The translations under genes were made by a program, and so were the position numbers. Under the pieces are notes generated by a model that saw nothing but the letters and a program-made list of their open reading frames with translations, did not search any database and was not told the origin of the DNA. DNA of 64,000 nucleotides from Cyanobacteria bacterium P01_D01_bin.156 (GTDB lineage Bacteria > Cyanobacteriota > Cyanobacteriia > Phormidesmidales > Phormidesmidaceae), in contig JBCCQQ010000007.1 in the NCBI GenBank assembly GCA_039024555.1, positions 32,001 to 96,000 of the forward strand, written 5' to 3'. Positions 39,204 through 50,601 of the stretch are shown one piece after another (position 1 is the first letter of the stretch; each line of letters opens with the position of its first letter).

Positions 39204-41360
39204 TTAGTCTGCAATTGCCACCTGGTAGGGAGATCCTACAGGTGGCATTCGTTTTTTCAGAACCATGCCCTGATAGACCATAGCGGCGACGGTATCCCAG
39301 GTCGCCACTTCATTAGGTGTGAGCATGTCTATCCTGGGATGGTTAAACACTAAACCGAGTTTAGTGGCGGTTGAGATCGCGCCCACCGCATAGCGAGGCA
39401 CCTGATCTTGATCCTGATAGCGAGACAGCATGCCCGCCGTTCCCTTAGCCTTCAGATTTAGGCCACTGACAAGAGCTAACAACACCTGAATTTTGAGGAT
39501 AGGCTGCTCTGGCGCAAAGGTATAGTCGGGAAAGCCAGACAGAAACTTACCCCGATAGACCGTCTGAATTGTCTGAGCGGCCCAGTGGGATTCAGGGACA
39601 TCGCGAAATGCCACAGGATAACGGCGAGGCTCAGGGGTAAATGCCGCTGCCACCAAGCTGGCAAACTGAGCGCGGGTTACGGGGTCATCGGCATCACAGG
39701 TGGCATCCAGTAAATTGTGAGCTATCAGGGGCTGTAAAAAGTCACTGGCCCAGTGGGTGGCCACCACATTAGCCACGCTGCTGGCCACCTGGGGACGAAC
39801 GATAAAGGGGGAATTGGGGGACTGCATCCGCCCTAAATTGACCAAACATTGGTGAACTAGGGCCGTAGTTTCGCCCCGAGTAATGGGTTCCATAGGCCGC
39901 AGTCGAGCCACATCTGGATGGTTCACCACAATGCTGCGTCGAGTGGCGATGGCGACTTCTTCTACTGCATAGGTGGGTACCTGGGCGCGGTCGGTGTAAA
40001 CTCCCAGCTCAGACGCTTCTCCCTGCCCTAAGCGGAGGCCATTAACCAGGGCTACCAGGGCCTGTACCCGAGTCAGTGGATTATTGGGGCGAAACGTACC
40101 ATCGGGAAACCCGGCTAGAAACCCTTGGGCCTGGGCTTGATAAATCACCTGACGCGCCCAAAAGTCTGAAGCGATATCCGAAAATGCCTTAAACCGACGC
40201 TGATCGCCACCGGTGGCTGGAAATGTGGCCATGATTAGGGCGGCAAACTGAGCTCTAGTCACTAGGGCATCAGGGCGAAAAGACCCATCTAAAAAGCCCT
40301 TAACCAGATTTGCGTCAGCCATGGCATTGATAAATGGCGCTGACCAATGGCCCATCACATCCTGAAACTGGCTATCGAGATTGGCCGACGGTGTTGTGAT
40401 TTTTTTGGGTGTCTCTGGGACGCCTTGGGGTTTGACCTTACCTAAGAGTACTGAAGGTACAGCAATGGGATCAGGTAGTTCACTGGCTACATAACGAATA
40501 TTGCCTTTAACCCGATTGGGATTGATAAAGTTACCGGCTGAATTGAGGGCTTGCCGACTGTCGTTGCGAATATCCCATTGGCCATTGTCTTGAAAAGAAT
40601 TACCGCCCAAATCCTGACTGAGGCCAATATCCGGCTGGCTATCGTCCTGCATCCATAGACCGGAGGCTTTATTCTGACGAATACGGTTTTGTCGCAGGAC
40701 AGGTCGCGCTGAACGAGATAGAACAACTCCGGCTCGGTTTTCAATTACGTCGTTGTCCACCAGCAGCGGCGCAGCCTGGTCGCTGAGAGCAATGCCAAAG
40801 CTGGTGTTGATAAAGCGATTTTGGCGAACTTCTCCCTTAGTTTGTCGAGCCATAAATAGGCCGCTGGCATTGTTAAAGGAAAATTCATTATCTAAAAGTA
40901 CTGGCATAGCGTCTCCGGTGGCATGTACACCGTCTCGGCCACAGCCCAGCAGGCGACAGCGAGTAAGGAGTGCTGTTCCATCTTCTAACCACACCCCAAT
41001 ACCTTGGTTATCGGGGTTGGTAACAGTAATGCTGCGAAGCTGAGCGCGATTTTGCAGCTGGAGAGTAACGGACTGGAGTCCCATCTCTTCAGTCGCCAAC
41101 ATGCCGCCACCTCGGATGGTAACGGTACCACCTAACCCCACTACTGTGACCCCTGCAGCAACCGTTAGCGGAAACGATTCGCCACTGCTGTAGGTGCCTG
41201 CTTCTATCTGTACCGTGGCACCCGTTGCTGCCTGTCTAAGGGCTTGAGTAAGGGTTTTAAAGGGTGATTGTCGGCTGCCGGTCCCTTGAGTCTGGCCGGT
41301 TACACCATTGACATATAGAACAGAAGCAGGAGCTTGCACCATGACACCGGGCGATAACAT
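39204..41360 (-). CDS. DUF1565 / right-handed beta-helix protein with two sets of S-layer homology (SLH) domains
   Basis: LYVN...G..GS..SPFKTLTQAL, GTYS.GE.FPL and PbH1-like repeats. SLH motifs F.DV..HW, GF.DG.FRP and TRAQFAA. Confidence 0.88.
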   Translation of the reverse strand: MLSPGVMVQAPASVLYVNGVTGQTQGTGSRQSPFKTLTQALRQAATGATVQIEAGTYSSGESFPLTVAAGVTVVGLGGTVTIRGGGMLATEEMGLQSVTLQLQNRAQLRSITVTNPDNQGIGVWLEDGTALLTRCRLLGCGRDGVHATGDAMPVLLDNEFSFNNASGLFMARQTKGEVRQNRFINTSFGIALSDQAAPLLVDNDVIENRAGVVLSRSARPVLRQNRIRQNKASGLWMQDDSQPDIGLSQDLGGNSFQDNGQWDIRNDSRQALNSAGNFINPNRVKGNIRYVASELPDPIAVPSVLLGKVKPQGVPETPKKITTPSANLDSQFQDVMGHWSAPFINAMADANLVKGFLDGSFRPDALVTRAQFAALIMATFPATGGDQRRFKAFSDIASDFWARQVIYQAQAQGFLAGFPDGTFRPNNPLTRVQALVALVNGLRLGQGEASELGVYTDRAQVPTYAVEEVAIATRRSIVVNHPDVARLRPMEPITRGETTALVHQCLVNLGRMQSPNSPFIVRPQVASSVANVVATHWASDFLQPLIAHNLLDATCDADDPVTRAQFASLVAAAFTPEPRRYPVAFRDVPESHWAAQTIQTVYRGKFLSGFPDYTFAPEQPILKIQVLLALVSGLNLKAKGTAGMLSRYQDQDQVPRYAVGAISTATKLGLVFNHPRIDMLTPNEVATWDTVAAMVYQGMVLKKRMPPVGSPYQVAIAD

Positions 41361-41625
41361 TTGAACAGCTGCAATATCTGACCCACCAGGGTAAGGGTAA
41401 ATGTCGTTGCATTAACAATGGTTTGTTGATTTTGACTGAAAAGTTTATCTGGCGTTGCTGATCCTCCGGCTGAGTTTCTCTGCCATGTCCAGGCAACTGG
41501 TAGGCTCTACAGAGCATTTCATCCCCTAAATCAGCAGCGACCTCGGTGGCTAATCATCCTTGGCGTTTTAACTTTATAAGTGTGGGATGTGTTTTGACCT
41601 GGGTTCAACGTATTGTGGAGCCACT

Positions 41626-41916
41626 ATGCTGATTGCCCTAACTGTTTTTAATGTTGCGATCGCGCTACTCTGTTTTTTGCTGTCCTGGCGAATAATTGGC
41701 TGGCAACGCCAAATTATTCAACTCAACCGCGACCTCAATCGTTGGATGGTGTTTTTAGAAGGTACCCTAACCGAGCAGGCACTAAACCTTACTCAGCAAC
41801 GCACCCAGTTGCGTCTGTGGCAGCTAAATCATTTGCAATGGCAGCTTCAGCAGCGACAGTTGATACAACTGGTAAAGTTTCTTAAGCTGCTTTGGTTCAT
41901 CAGCAAGCGGCGATAG
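41626..41916 (+). CDS. Small hypothetical membrane/coiled-coil protein
   Basis: Hydrophobic N-terminus and Gln/Leu-rich helix. First of a co-oriented four-gene run. The start could be 41587 or 41626. Confidence 0.6.
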   Translation: MLIALTVFNVAIALLCFLLSWRIIGWQRQIIQLNRDLNRWMVFLEGTLTEQALNLTQQRTQLRLWQLNHLQWQLQQRQLIQLVKFLKLLWFISKRR

Positions 41917-41992
41917 GGATTTTATAAACCTATGGTTTTAGCAATCCTCGATAGTGTGAACTACGTGCACAACATATTCGCAGGTGTAGAAA

Positions 41993-42322
41993 ATGACCCA
42001 AAACGACTCTGGTAATTTTGTGGGTGGACTTTTGGCCGGTACAGCCCTCGGTACAGTGATTGGCCTGCTTATTGCTCCTCGCAGTGGTCAACACACCCGT
42101 AAAGTTCTTAAAAAATCAGCGAATGCAGTCCCCGACTTAGTCGAAGACCTATCCACCAGCCTGCATTTTCATGCTGATAAGCTATCCCACACAACATTAC
42201 AAAATTGGGATAGTACCCTAGCGCGTCTTAAAGATGCTCTGATCGCTGGACAGGCTGCCAGTCGCGCAGAATTCCTCAAGTCTGCCCGAGACGCTAACGT
42301 CACTAATTCCCAGCGTGACTAA
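41993..42322 (+). CDS. YtxH domain-containing protein
   Basis: FVGGLLAG.ALG..IGLLIAPRSG..TR. Confidence 0.88.
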   Translation: MTQNDSGNFVGGLLAGTALGTVIGLLIAPRSGQHTRKVLKKSANAVPDLVEDLSTSLHFHADKLSHTTLQNWDSTLARLKDALIAGQAASRAEFLKSARDANVTNSQRD

Positions 42323-42851
42323 TCCTGTGTTTTGGCTAGGCCTATCGATTTTGTTATTGGCCCTTGGCCTAATTGCTTTAGTGTGTGTGTCTGTTCCGGC
42401 GCTGATAGGGCTATCGCGGGCGGCTCGCAGTGCTGAGAAGCTGTTTGACACCCTTGATCGGGAGCTGCCTCGCACCCTAGAAGCAATGCGTCATACCGGG
42501 GCTGACCTCAGCGGTTTGGCCGATGATATGACCGACGGCATTAGCAGCGCCCGCAACATTGTTAAGCATGTGGACCATGGCATTAGTGATGTTCGCCAGC
42601 AAGCGGTTCAGGCTCAACGCACCACCCGCAGTGTCGCGATGGGGTTTAGGGCAGCCTGGCGGGTGCTAACAAAGCCTGCAAAGCCCTCAAAGAAATCGTC
42701 CCGTTCCAAACGTCGTCCGCCGATTAAGCCCCAGGCTAAAAAATCTTCTCAGAAACATTCATCGGTACCTCCATCCAATTCCGTTGACGCTAGTCCTGAC
42801 GGGGCAACAGCTGGTGGGCCATCTACCCCTCCTACAAATGTCAGTGATTGA
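42315..42851 (+). CDS. DUF948/YoxC-like membrane-anchored coiled-coil protein
   Basis: NPVFWLGLS TM helix and RAARSAEKLFDTL.RELP.TLEA. GTG start overlaps the ytxH-like stop. Confidence 0.8.
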   Translation: MTNPVFWLGLSILLLALGLIALVCVSVPALIGLSRAARSAEKLFDTLDRELPRTLEAMRHTGADLSGLADDMTDGISSARNIVKHVDHGISDVRQQAVQAQRTTRSVAMGFRAAWRVLTKPAKPSKKSSRSKRRPPIKPQAKKSSQKHSSVPPSNSVDASPDGATAGGPSTPPTNVSD

Positions 42852-42904
42852 CGGACGTTAGTCTTCTTCTTTACATTAAAGGTAGGTAAATAAGTGTAAA
42901 CATT

Positions 42905-43711
42905 ATGACCGCACGCCTTAAGAGTTGGTTGCAAACTTATCTATTGGGAAGTTTGCTGGTTTGTTGTATTGCTTTTGGCACGGTAGCGCCTGCTGCCCAC
43001 GCCTATAACAATCCGGAGCTGTTGCCAGATGAACCAACGATGGTGATTGATTTGGCAAAGATTCTGACCAATTCTCAGGAAGAGTATCTCAATGAACATT
43101 TACCTGAATTTGAGGAAGAAACGGGTTGGAAGCTGCGAGTGCTGACCCAGTTTGATCAAACGCCAGGCCGGGCTGTTAAAGATTTTTGGGGTCTAGACGA
43201 TAAAAGCGTCATGCTAATCGCTGACCCTCGCGGCGGCAACATTCTGAACTTTAGTGTGGGCGACTCAGTATATCCATTACTGCCTCGGGTGTTCTGGATT
43301 GAGTTGCAAACCCGCTTTGGGAACCAGTTTTTTGTCCGTGACAATGGGGAAGACCAGTCAATTATGCAGTCCATTGCGTCTTTAGAAACTTGCCTGTCTC
43401 GCGGTGGTTGCTCAGTGGTGCCAGGTCTACCTCAGGAACAATGGATTTTGACCCTAATTACATCCGTTTTAGGCGGCGTGATTTGTGGGTTTGCGGCGCA
43501 TCCTCGCAAAGACGGTCAAGTCTTTTCCTGGCAGTGGATGCTGATCTTTTCTCCCTTGTGGGGCATGCTGTTCATCGCGTTTGGTATCGGCCCGGTGGTA
43601 ACCCGTACGCAAGATTGGTTACCCCTGACTCGTAACATTGCTGGGTTCTTGATTGGTGCACTTGTAGCGTTTTTGAGCCCTGCATTTACTTCCGCTAGTG
43701 GTGAAGCTTAG
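42905..43711 (+). CDS. TPM-domain membrane protein (thylakoid-lumen type)
   Basis: Signal peptide AHA-YNNPELLP, VIDLA..L, GWKLRVLTQ, FWIELQTRFGNQFFVR and three C-terminal TM helices. Confidence 0.85.
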   Translation: MTARLKSWLQTYLLGSLLVCCIAFGTVAPAAHAYNNPELLPDEPTMVIDLAKILTNSQEEYLNEHLPEFEEETGWKLRVLTQFDQTPGRAVKDFWGLDDKSVMLIADPRGGNILNFSVGDSVYPLLPRVFWIELQTRFGNQFFVRDNGEDQSIMQSIASLETCLSRGGCSVVPGLPQEQWILTLITSVLGGVICGFAAHPRKDGQVFSWQWMLIFSPLWGMLFIAFGIGPVVTRTQDWLPLTRNIAGFLIGALVAFLSPAFTSASGEA

Positions 43712-43769
43712 AGTCTGATTTACGGTCTGATGCTTTAGTTTCAGGTAGGAAAATTAATTAAAGACTTTG

Positions 43770-43809
43770 AAGAGAGCAGCCTGAGAATCAATTCTCAGGC
43801 TGCTCTCTT
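43770..43809. terminator. Bidirectional terminator-like perfect hairpin
   Basis: Perfect 19-bp inverted repeat AAGAGAGCAGCCTGAGAAT-CA-ATTCTCAGGCTGCTCTCTT between convergent genes. Confidence 0.8.
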
Positions 43810-43855
43810 TGATCTAAATCCGTTATGAATAGCGGACTCTTCCCCTATTCAACAA

Positions 43856-45523
43856 TCACTCACCAGTATTTTCTACTTCGTTTTGACTAACATTCCCACC
43901 AGGCAACGGTTTAACTCGTCGTCCTTTGGGCAGCTCAACAAAAATGTCGTAGCGTAGGGTGCGTTCGTTTTGAACGCTGGTGGTTACACCAATACTCTGA
44001 ATCGCAGAGACAACGGGAGCATCCGGCAGGGTGGGAAAAGGTAGCATTCCCTGCAGCTCTTGCATACGAGCAATATCTGCAAAGAAGTAGCCGCTTGTCT
44101 CCTGCGGCGAAATGTCCAACAGTGTTTGAAAACTGGGATTAGTCTGTAACGTTTGACTAGGCTGCGGTGCGATCGCATCGACCACATCTTCTCCTACACC
44201 AAAAAAGGTAATATCTTGGTCCAACCAGCCATGGCCCATGGCAATGCCACCGTAGTAAGACACCAGCTGATTGATAGGTTGCTCGCCTGATTGAACCGAT
44301 TCCACATCAAATCGAAACCGATTAGTCATTACCTCATTTAGCTCGCTCCAGGTACTTTCTGCCGCTTCGCGGTCGGTTACCTCCGCCACTAGGGCAAGCT
44401 GGCCCATGGGCATGGCAGCCGCATTCACAGCCGGTGGCCATAGCCCAAAGGTCATTTCCTCACCCAGCCAGGGCAGAATATCATTCTCAAAATCCAATCC
44501 AGTTCGCTGTTTTAACCCCTGGGCAAGGGTATCTGGAGCAATGGGCAATAGCGCACTTACACCTTCAGCCCCTGCTAAACTTTGCCACAGAGCGCCTATA
44601 TTTCCAGTGGACATCATGAGGACCGTGGACTCCGGCAACCGTTCAGGCGTCCATGCGTCACGATTCACGATATCCCGATACACCGGCTGATCTTCAGGTC
44701 CTAACCAGCTCGCCGCTTCAATGTCGAATCCATTGGGCAGGAGGGATACTACTGCTGCGACACCGTTAATGCCCGGTAATGTATCGCTCCCTGTAAAAAC
44801 TTCCGCTGCTACGGGCGCATTGACGTAAACCTGGGCAAATCCAGAGGGCATGTCCAAGGTTTTGTTGGCGGCTACATAGGCTCCATTTTCCAGCAGGGAT
44901 GGTATCGCCCCTTCAAAGCGGTCAATGACGGTTTCAACACTGTTGACACTAGCTGCCACTACCAGCCACTTATTGGCCAGTACCGTGCTTTCAAAGGTGT
45001 CACCATTAGCCGTTGTAATGCTCTGAATAGTGGCATTTTTGTAGTCTCGCCCTACCCAGGTAACGTCATCCTTGGGTTTAGATAATAGTTCCTGGGCTTT
45101 GAGAGGGTCGGCGATGGGAATCAGCAATACGAGATCAGCCGCGCCTTCTCCCGCATCTGTCTTAGGTAAAAAGGCGACGGTTACCTGGTCTGCAATCCAA
45201 GGCTCAATATCGGTGCGATAGCGATAGCCGTGGTTGCTCAGGATGCGATCGCGCCAGGTTAACAACCAACGATCCAGTATTTTTTGAGACTCAGCAGAGC
45301 CCATTTGACGCAAACGCGTCCACTGATTCTCATCCGTTGTCAGCGTAAGAGCCAACAGTGCATCGCTCGGCACCAACTCCATTCCAGAGGGTAACTGCGT
45401 GGATTTAAACAGGCGCTCGTTTATTCCCAGGTAGGCGGCAGCTCCTCCCAGGATCAATAAAACCGCAGTACCAGCGGTTAGCAGTAGGGGAGGCCGTTGT
45501 TTAAGCACCATAGGCAATTGCAA
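43856..45523 (-). CDS. DUF3352-like membrane-anchored protein
   Basis: N-terminal TM helix, LVP.DA, Y..DI.PW..D.V.VAFL and TGLDF..DILPW.G.E repeats. Confidence 0.8.
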   Translation of the reverse strand: MQLPMVLKQRPPLLLTAGTAVLLILGGAAAYLGINERLFKSTQLPSGMELVPSDALLALTLTTDENQWTRLRQMGSAESQKILDRWLLTWRDRILSNHGYRYRTDIEPWIADQVTVAFLPKTDAGEGAADLVLLIPIADPLKAQELLSKPKDDVTWVGRDYKNATIQSITTANGDTFESTVLANKWLVVAASVNSVETVIDRFEGAIPSLLENGAYVAANKTLDMPSGFAQVYVNAPVAAEVFTGSDTLPGINGVAAVVSLLPNGFDIEAASWLGPEDQPVYRDIVNRDAWTPERLPESTVLMMSTGNIGALWQSLAGAEGVSALLPIAPDTLAQGLKQRTGLDFENDILPWLGEEMTFGLWPPAVNAAAMPMGQLALVAEVTDREAAESTWSELNEVMTNRFRFDVESVQSGEQPINQLVSYYGGIAMGHGWLDQDITFFGVGEDVVDAIAPQPSQTLQTNPSFQTLLDISPQETSGYFFADIARMQELQGMLPFPTLPDAPVVSAIQSIGVTTSVQNERTLRYDIFVELPKGRRVKPLPGGNVSQNEVENTGE

Positions 45524-45604
45524 GAGACCAACAACGCTTGCTAATTTACCACCGGTTTACAGAATCTGCATGTAGGAAACCGTCATCCTTAATTTTGATG
45601 TTTC

Positions 45605-48370
45605 TTACTCAGCGTCGCTGCCTGTTTTGGTATCTGTTTTCTTTGTGCTAGTGGACTTTTTAGCCCGAGTTGTAGACTTTTGAGCCGCAGTTGACCCCGT
45701 CTTTTTAGTTGTGCTAGCCCGCTTGGTCGTGGATTTCTTCGCAGTCGTCTTTTTGGCTGTAGACTTTTTCGTTGTGGATTTCTTAGTAGTGGACTTTTTA
45801 CGGGTAGTTTTCTTGGTTGCCGCCTTTGCCGCAATGATTTCTAATGCCTCTTCCAGGGTGATGTCCTCTACTTTTTTACCCTCAGGTAAAGAAGCATTCA
45901 CCTTCTCGTACTTGATATAAGGACCATAGGGGCCATCGTAAATGTTGATGGGTTCTTCTGAGTCAGGATGCTTACCCAGTTCCCGCAAAGGCTTAGCCGC
46001 TTTACGCCCACGTCCGCGCTTGGGCTGAGCCAGTAGTTCCAGGGCTCGCTCCAGAGTGACCGTCAGCACATCATCGTCCCCTTTGAGGGAGCGATAGTCT
46101 TTACCTTCCTTGCCCTGGTCATGGACGACGTAGGGGCCAAATCGACCCAGACTGGCCTTGATCTTTGCCTCTGTCTCAGGGTGTAAGCCCAGTAAGCGAG
46201 GTAGCGACAGTAGGCCCACGGCCATTTCCAAATCCACAGATTCACGGGTCACACCCTTGGGTAGCGATACCTGCTTAGGCTTAGGATTTTCTTCAGTTTT
46301 GTCTCCCAGACGTACATAGGGTCCATAGGGACCGATCAAGGCATAAATCGGGTCCCCCGTCTCCGGGTGTAGACCCAGCTTCTCCGGTCCTTCTGTTTTT
46401 TGCTTAAGCAGCACCTGCACCTGATCATCACTAAGATCGGCAGGGCTGACATCTAGGGGAATGGATGCCCGTACGGTTTCAGCTTCTTCCCCTTCATCTT
46501 CGCTCAACGCCTCAATGTAGGGACCGTACTTACCAATACGGACCTTGGCACTCAGGTCAGACAGGTCCACGGTGCGGGCTTCTGCCGGATCAATCTGACT
46601 TTCTCTCGCTTCTACTTGACCAGAAAGTCCTGCATCGCCAGAATAAAAATCCTTCAAGTACGGTAGCCAATCGGCTTCCCCAGTAGAAATTTCGTCCAGG
46701 GTACGCTCCATACGAGCCGTAAACTTCACATCCACCAAATCTGGAAAATGTTTGTCCAGCAGATCGGTTACAGCAAATGCTGTGAAGGTGGGCATCAAGC
46801 TGTTGTTGAGCGGATGCACATACCCTCGGTCAATGATGGTTCCAATGACCGAAGCATAGGTACTGGGGCGACCAATGCCTTCTTTTTCAAGGGTTTTTAC
46901 CAACGTAGCCTCGGTATACCTAGCCGGGGGTTTAGTTTCGTGCCCAATGGGTTCTAGCTCTGTGCAATTGGGAGCATCGCCCACTTTCAGGGGCGGCAGG
47001 GTGACTTCCCGATCTTCTAGAGCAGCATTAGGGTCATCAGAACCTTCGACATAGGCCCGGAAAAAGCCTGGAAAATCGATACGCTTACCGGTGGCTTTGA
47101 AGATTGCATCGTCCACTTCAATGGAAACCGTAATGTGGGTTTGGCGAGCATTGGCCATTTGACAGGCTACGGTCCGCTTCCAAATGAGGTCGTAGAGGCT
47201 GCGCTCGCGATCCTTAAGCCCGGTTTCCTGGGGTGTTCGAAAAGTGCTCCCCGCTGGACGAATCGCTTCATGGGCTTCCTGAGCGCCTTTGCTTTTAGTG
47301 GCGTACTGGCGTGGTTTGGGACTCAGATATTCCTTGCCGTACTTTTGCTCAACACAGGTGCGAGCCGCGTTGATGGCCTGTTGAGACAGATTTACCGAAT
47401 CCGTACGCATGTAAGTTATGAAGCCCTTTTCATAGAGAGATTGGGCGGTGCGCATGGTATCGCGGGCCGAAAGCCTGAGCTTACGATTGGCCTCTTGTTG
47501 CAATGTGGATGTGGTGAACGGCGGTGCGGGCTTCGGACTAGAGGGACGTTCCTCCAAATTAGAAACAGTCCAAACGCTAGCTTCTAGACGTTGCTTTAGA
47601 GCTTGGGCCTGATTTTCATCCAGCAGTACCACGTTGCGTCCAGCGATGATTTGCCCTGTATTTTCATCAAAGTCGCTACCGGTGGCTATGCGAGTGCCAC
47701 CTAGGCTAACCAGCTTGGCTTCAAACGGATTTTTAGCCTGCTCAAGGGTGGCCTTTAAATCCCAGTAGGTGCCTTGCTTAAAGGCCCGACGATCCCGCTC
47801 CCGTTCTACCAGAAGCTTTACGGCCACCGACTGTACCCGGCCAGCAGATAGCCCCCAAGCAATTTTTTTCCAGAGCAGTGGTGATAGAGTGTATCCCACT
47901 AAACGATCCAAAATCCGCCGAGTTTCCTGAGCCCTCACTAGCTGACCATCAATGTCACGACAGCTGTCAAGGGCCGCTTGAATAGCATCCTCAGTAATCT
48001 CATGGAACACCATGCGCTTGGTGGGCACCTTGGGCTTAAGCAGCTGTAGTAGATGCCAGCTGATGCTTTCCCCTTCGCGGTCTTCATCCGTCGCGAGGAC
48101 AAGCTCATCAGCTTCTTTTAAGGCGTCCTTGAGAGCTTTGACGACCTTCTTTTTGTCCTTGGGCACCAGGTATAGCGGTTCAAAATCCGCGTCCACATTC
48201 ACACCTAGCTGAGCCCATTTTTCTCCCTTGACACTGGCAGGAATTTCACTTGCCGATTTGGGCAAATCGCGCACATGCCCCATGGACGCTTCCACACGGT
48301 AGCCCCTGGGTAGGTAGTTGCGAATTGTTTTTGCCTTTGTGGGTGACTCGACAATAACAAGGGTGGACAT
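45605..48370 (-). CDS. topA: DNA topoisomerase I (type IA) with C-terminal GRFGPY repeats and Lys/Thr-rich tail
   Basis: [37 protein letters not shown] (catalytic Tyr), [10 protein letters not shown] and GIGRPSTYA. Confidence 0.98.
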   Translation of the reverse strand: MSTLVIVESPTKAKTIRNYLPRGYRVEASMGHVRDLPKSASEIPASVKGEKWAQLGVNVDADFEPLYLVPKDKKKVVKALKDALKEADELVLATDEDREGESISWHLLQLLKPKVPTKRMVFHEITEDAIQAALDSCRDIDGQLVRAQETRRILDRLVGYTLSPLLWKKIAWGLSAGRVQSVAVKLLVERERDRRAFKQGTYWDLKATLEQAKNPFEAKLVSLGGTRIATGSDFDENTGQIIAGRNVVLLDENQAQALKQRLEASVWTVSNLEERPSSPKPAPPFTTSTLQQEANRKLRLSARDTMRTAQSLYEKGFITYMRTDSVNLSQQAINAARTCVEQKYGKEYLSPKPRQYATKSKGAQEAHEAIRPAGSTFRTPQETGLKDRERSLYDLIWKRTVACQMANARQTHITVSIEVDDAIFKATGKRIDFPGFFRAYVEGSDDPNAALEDREVTLPPLKVGDAPNCTELEPIGHETKPPARYTEATLVKTLEKEGIGRPSTYASVIGTIIDRGYVHPLNNSLMPTFTAFAVTDLLDKHFPDLVDVKFTARMERTLDEISTGEADWLPYLKDFYSGDAGLSGQVEARESQIDPAEARTVDLSDLSAKVRIGKYGPYIEALSEDEGEEAETVRASIPLDVSPADLSDDQVQVLLKQKTEGPEKLGLHPETGDPIYALIGPYGPYVRLGDKTEENPKPKQVSLPKGVTRESVDLEMAVGLLSLPRLLGLHPETEAKIKASLGRFGPYVVHDQGKEGKDYRSLKGDDDVLTVTLERALELLAQPKRGRGRKAAKPLRELGKHPDSEEPINIYDGPYGPYIKYEKVNASLPEGKKVEDITLEEALEIIAAKAATKKTTRKKSTTKKSTTKKSTAKKTTAKKSTTKRASTTKKTGSTAAQKSTTRAKKSTSTKKTDTKTGSDAE

Positions 48371-48931
48371 ACAGCGAACTTAGAATAATGGTCGAACGGG
48401 TGCAGTGGCTCTAGCAGATTTTCTATTTGGCTTGGCAAACAGTCACTAAGCTAGGGGGGTGAGCTAATAAAACGACGCTAGCGTTTTATCAATAGCAATA
48501 ATGCCCGAGGGGGACGATAACGATGACAGTTTTCATTGGCTAACTATACACAACCATTGCATGTAGCTCAGAACTTATCAGAGGTGTATGCAATAGGTTG
48601 AGTGCTGAAAGCCGTACCTGCAACATTTGAAGTCCATGTGATGGGCACTTCTATATATCGATAGATCGAAATGGCAAATTTCGTCCACCTTTAATCAGAT
48701 TTAGTTCAGAAAAGTCAGCAGATGGCGGATGGCGGAACCTTGGTAGAAATTTAGTTACTAAAACCTTTCAGGGCCTAGTTTTTAAGCACATAGACATCAT
48801 TTTCATTACTTTTTTTGGATAGGACAGCTCCCTGAAAGAATTTAATCTGATTCAAGAATTTCCCTAGGGATGCTTCAGATGAGCGAGAATACTAGGGTAA
48901 GATGCCAAATGGATATTTAACCACTGCACCC

Positions 48932-50503
48932 ATGGACGTTGCCAGTCTTGCTGCTCAGCTGAATACGGGCATGATTTTGCCCGAAGCTATTGTCATTCTG
49001 ACAATTTTAATAATTTTAGTAGGCGATTTAATCCAAGGCCGCGCCTCATCAAGTTGGGTTCCCTATGTTGCCATTGGTGGCTGTTTAGCCGCTGTGGGAG
49101 CCCTGGCACTGCAGTGGGATACGAGCAATCCGATCTCCTTTTTTGGAGAATTTAACGGAGATGCTTTGAGCATTGTTTTTCGTGGCATTATTGTGCTGTC
49201 TGCAGCGGTTACGGTGCCGATGTCGATTCGCTACGTGGAGCAGTCGGGTACGGCATTAGCAGAGTTTTTAAGTATTTTGCTAACGGCCACTCTAGGGGGC
49301 ATGTTTCTAGCTGGCGCTGATGAGCTAGTAACTATCTTTGTATCCCTAGAGACGTTGAGTATTTCTTCATATTTGCTGACTGGCTACATGAAGCGTGATC
49401 CCCGCTCGAATGAGGCTGCACTTAAGTATTTGCTGATTGGGGCAGCTAGTTCAGCTATTTTTTTGTATGGGGTGTCGCTACTGTATGGGCTTTCCGGTGG
49501 TGAAACAAGACTTGGTGCGATCGCACAGTCACTGGCCAGTCAGGCAACGACCAGCGATAGTTCCATTGGCTTGGTAATAGCCCTAGTGTTTGTAATTGCA
49601 GGAATTGCCTTTAAGGTCGCGGCTGTGCCCTTCCACCAGTGGACACCCGACGTTTATGAAGGGTCTCCTACACCAGTGGTTGCCTTTTTGTCAGTGGGTT
49701 CCAAGGCAGCTGGTTTTGCCCTAGCCATTCGCCTGTTAGTGAGCACCTTCCCTCTCGTTGCCGACGAGTGGCGGTTTGTATTTACGGCTCTGGCTATTCT
49801 CAGTATGGTGCTGGGGAATGTGGTGGCCTTGGCTCAAACCAGCATGAAGCGTATGTTGGCCTACTCATCTATTGGTCAAGCAGGCTTTATGATGATTGGC
49901 CTGGTAATTGGCACCGACGCAGGCTACGCCAGCATGATTTTCTATTTGATGGTGTACCTGTTTATGAACTTGGGCGGTTTCACCTGTGTGATTCTCTTCT
50001 CCCTACGCACCGGTACAGACCAGATTAGTGAGTATGCCGGTCTATACCAGAAAGATCCACTATTAACCCTTTGTTTGTGTTTGTGTCTACTGTCCCTAGG
50101 TGGAATTCCACCACTGGCAGGCTTCTTTGGTAAGCTCTACATTTTCTGGGCTGGCTGGCAAGCGGGTGCTTATAATCTGGTGTTAATTGGTTTAATTACC
50201 AGCGTTATCTCCATTTACTACTACATCCGTGTAGTCAAAATGATGGTGGTAAAAGAGCCCCAGGAAATGTCTGAGTCTATCAAGAACTATCCTGCTCCTG
50301 AATGGACTCTACCTGGGATGAGGCCTTTACAGGTAAGTTTAATTGTGGCCGTTATTGCAACCTCACTGGCAGGAGTATTGTCAAATCCACTCTTTACCCT
50401 AGCGAACGATTCTGTGACTAAAACCCCCTTGCTTCAAGCAGCTCAGGATACCTCTAGTACTGTGGCAACGACGCTCCGGATAAACACCGATCAATCCTTC
50501 TAG
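48932..50503 (+). CDS. ndhB: NAD(P)H-quinone oxidoreductase subunit 2 (NdhB/NuoN)
   Basis: [48 protein letters not shown] and [14 protein letters not shown]. The start could be 48902 or 48932. Confidence 0.97.
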   Translation: MDVASLAAQLNTGMILPEAIVILTILIILVGDLIQGRASSSWVPYVAIGGCLAAVGALALQWDTSNPISFFGEFNGDALSIVFRGIIVLSAAVTVPMSIRYVEQSGTALAEFLSILLTATLGGMFLAGADELVTIFVSLETLSISSYLLTGYMKRDPRSNEAALKYLLIGAASSAIFLYGVSLLYGLSGGETRLGAIAQSLASQATTSDSSIGLVIALVFVIAGIAFKVAAVPFHQWTPDVYEGSPTPVVAFLSVGSKAAGFALAIRLLVSTFPLVADEWRFVFTALAILSMVLGNVVALAQTSMKRMLAYSSIGQAGFMMIGLVIGTDAGYASMIFYLMVYLFMNLGGFTCVILFSLRTGTDQISEYAGLYQKDPLLTLCLCLCLLSLGGIPPLAGFFGKLYIFWAGWQAGAYNLVLIGLITSVISIYYYIRVVKMMVVKEPQEMSESIKNYPAPEWTLPGMRPLQVSLIVAVIATSLAGVLSNPLFTLANDSVTKTPLLQAAQDTSSTVATTLRINTDQSF

Positions 50504-50518
50504 ATTGATCGGTGTTTT
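50482..50518 (+). terminator. Terminator-like hairpin overlapping the ndhB stop codon
   Basis: AAACACCGATCAATC (50482-50496) pairs with GATTGATCGGTGTTT (50503-50517). Confidence 0.7.
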
Positions 50519-50601
50519 ACCTACGCCAAAGCTATCGGTTTAAGTCCAGCTATCGGTAAGAGCGACTAGCTCTCTAACAGCCTTCTGGGTTTGCATTGGC
50601 A

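Noticed and set aside
45605..45830. KKSTT-type repeats at the topA 3' end and the overlapping ORFs 45589-45834 and 45711-45920
   Set aside because: This is an ordinary basic low-complexity tail of TopA. The overlapping ORFs are by-products of the repeat.
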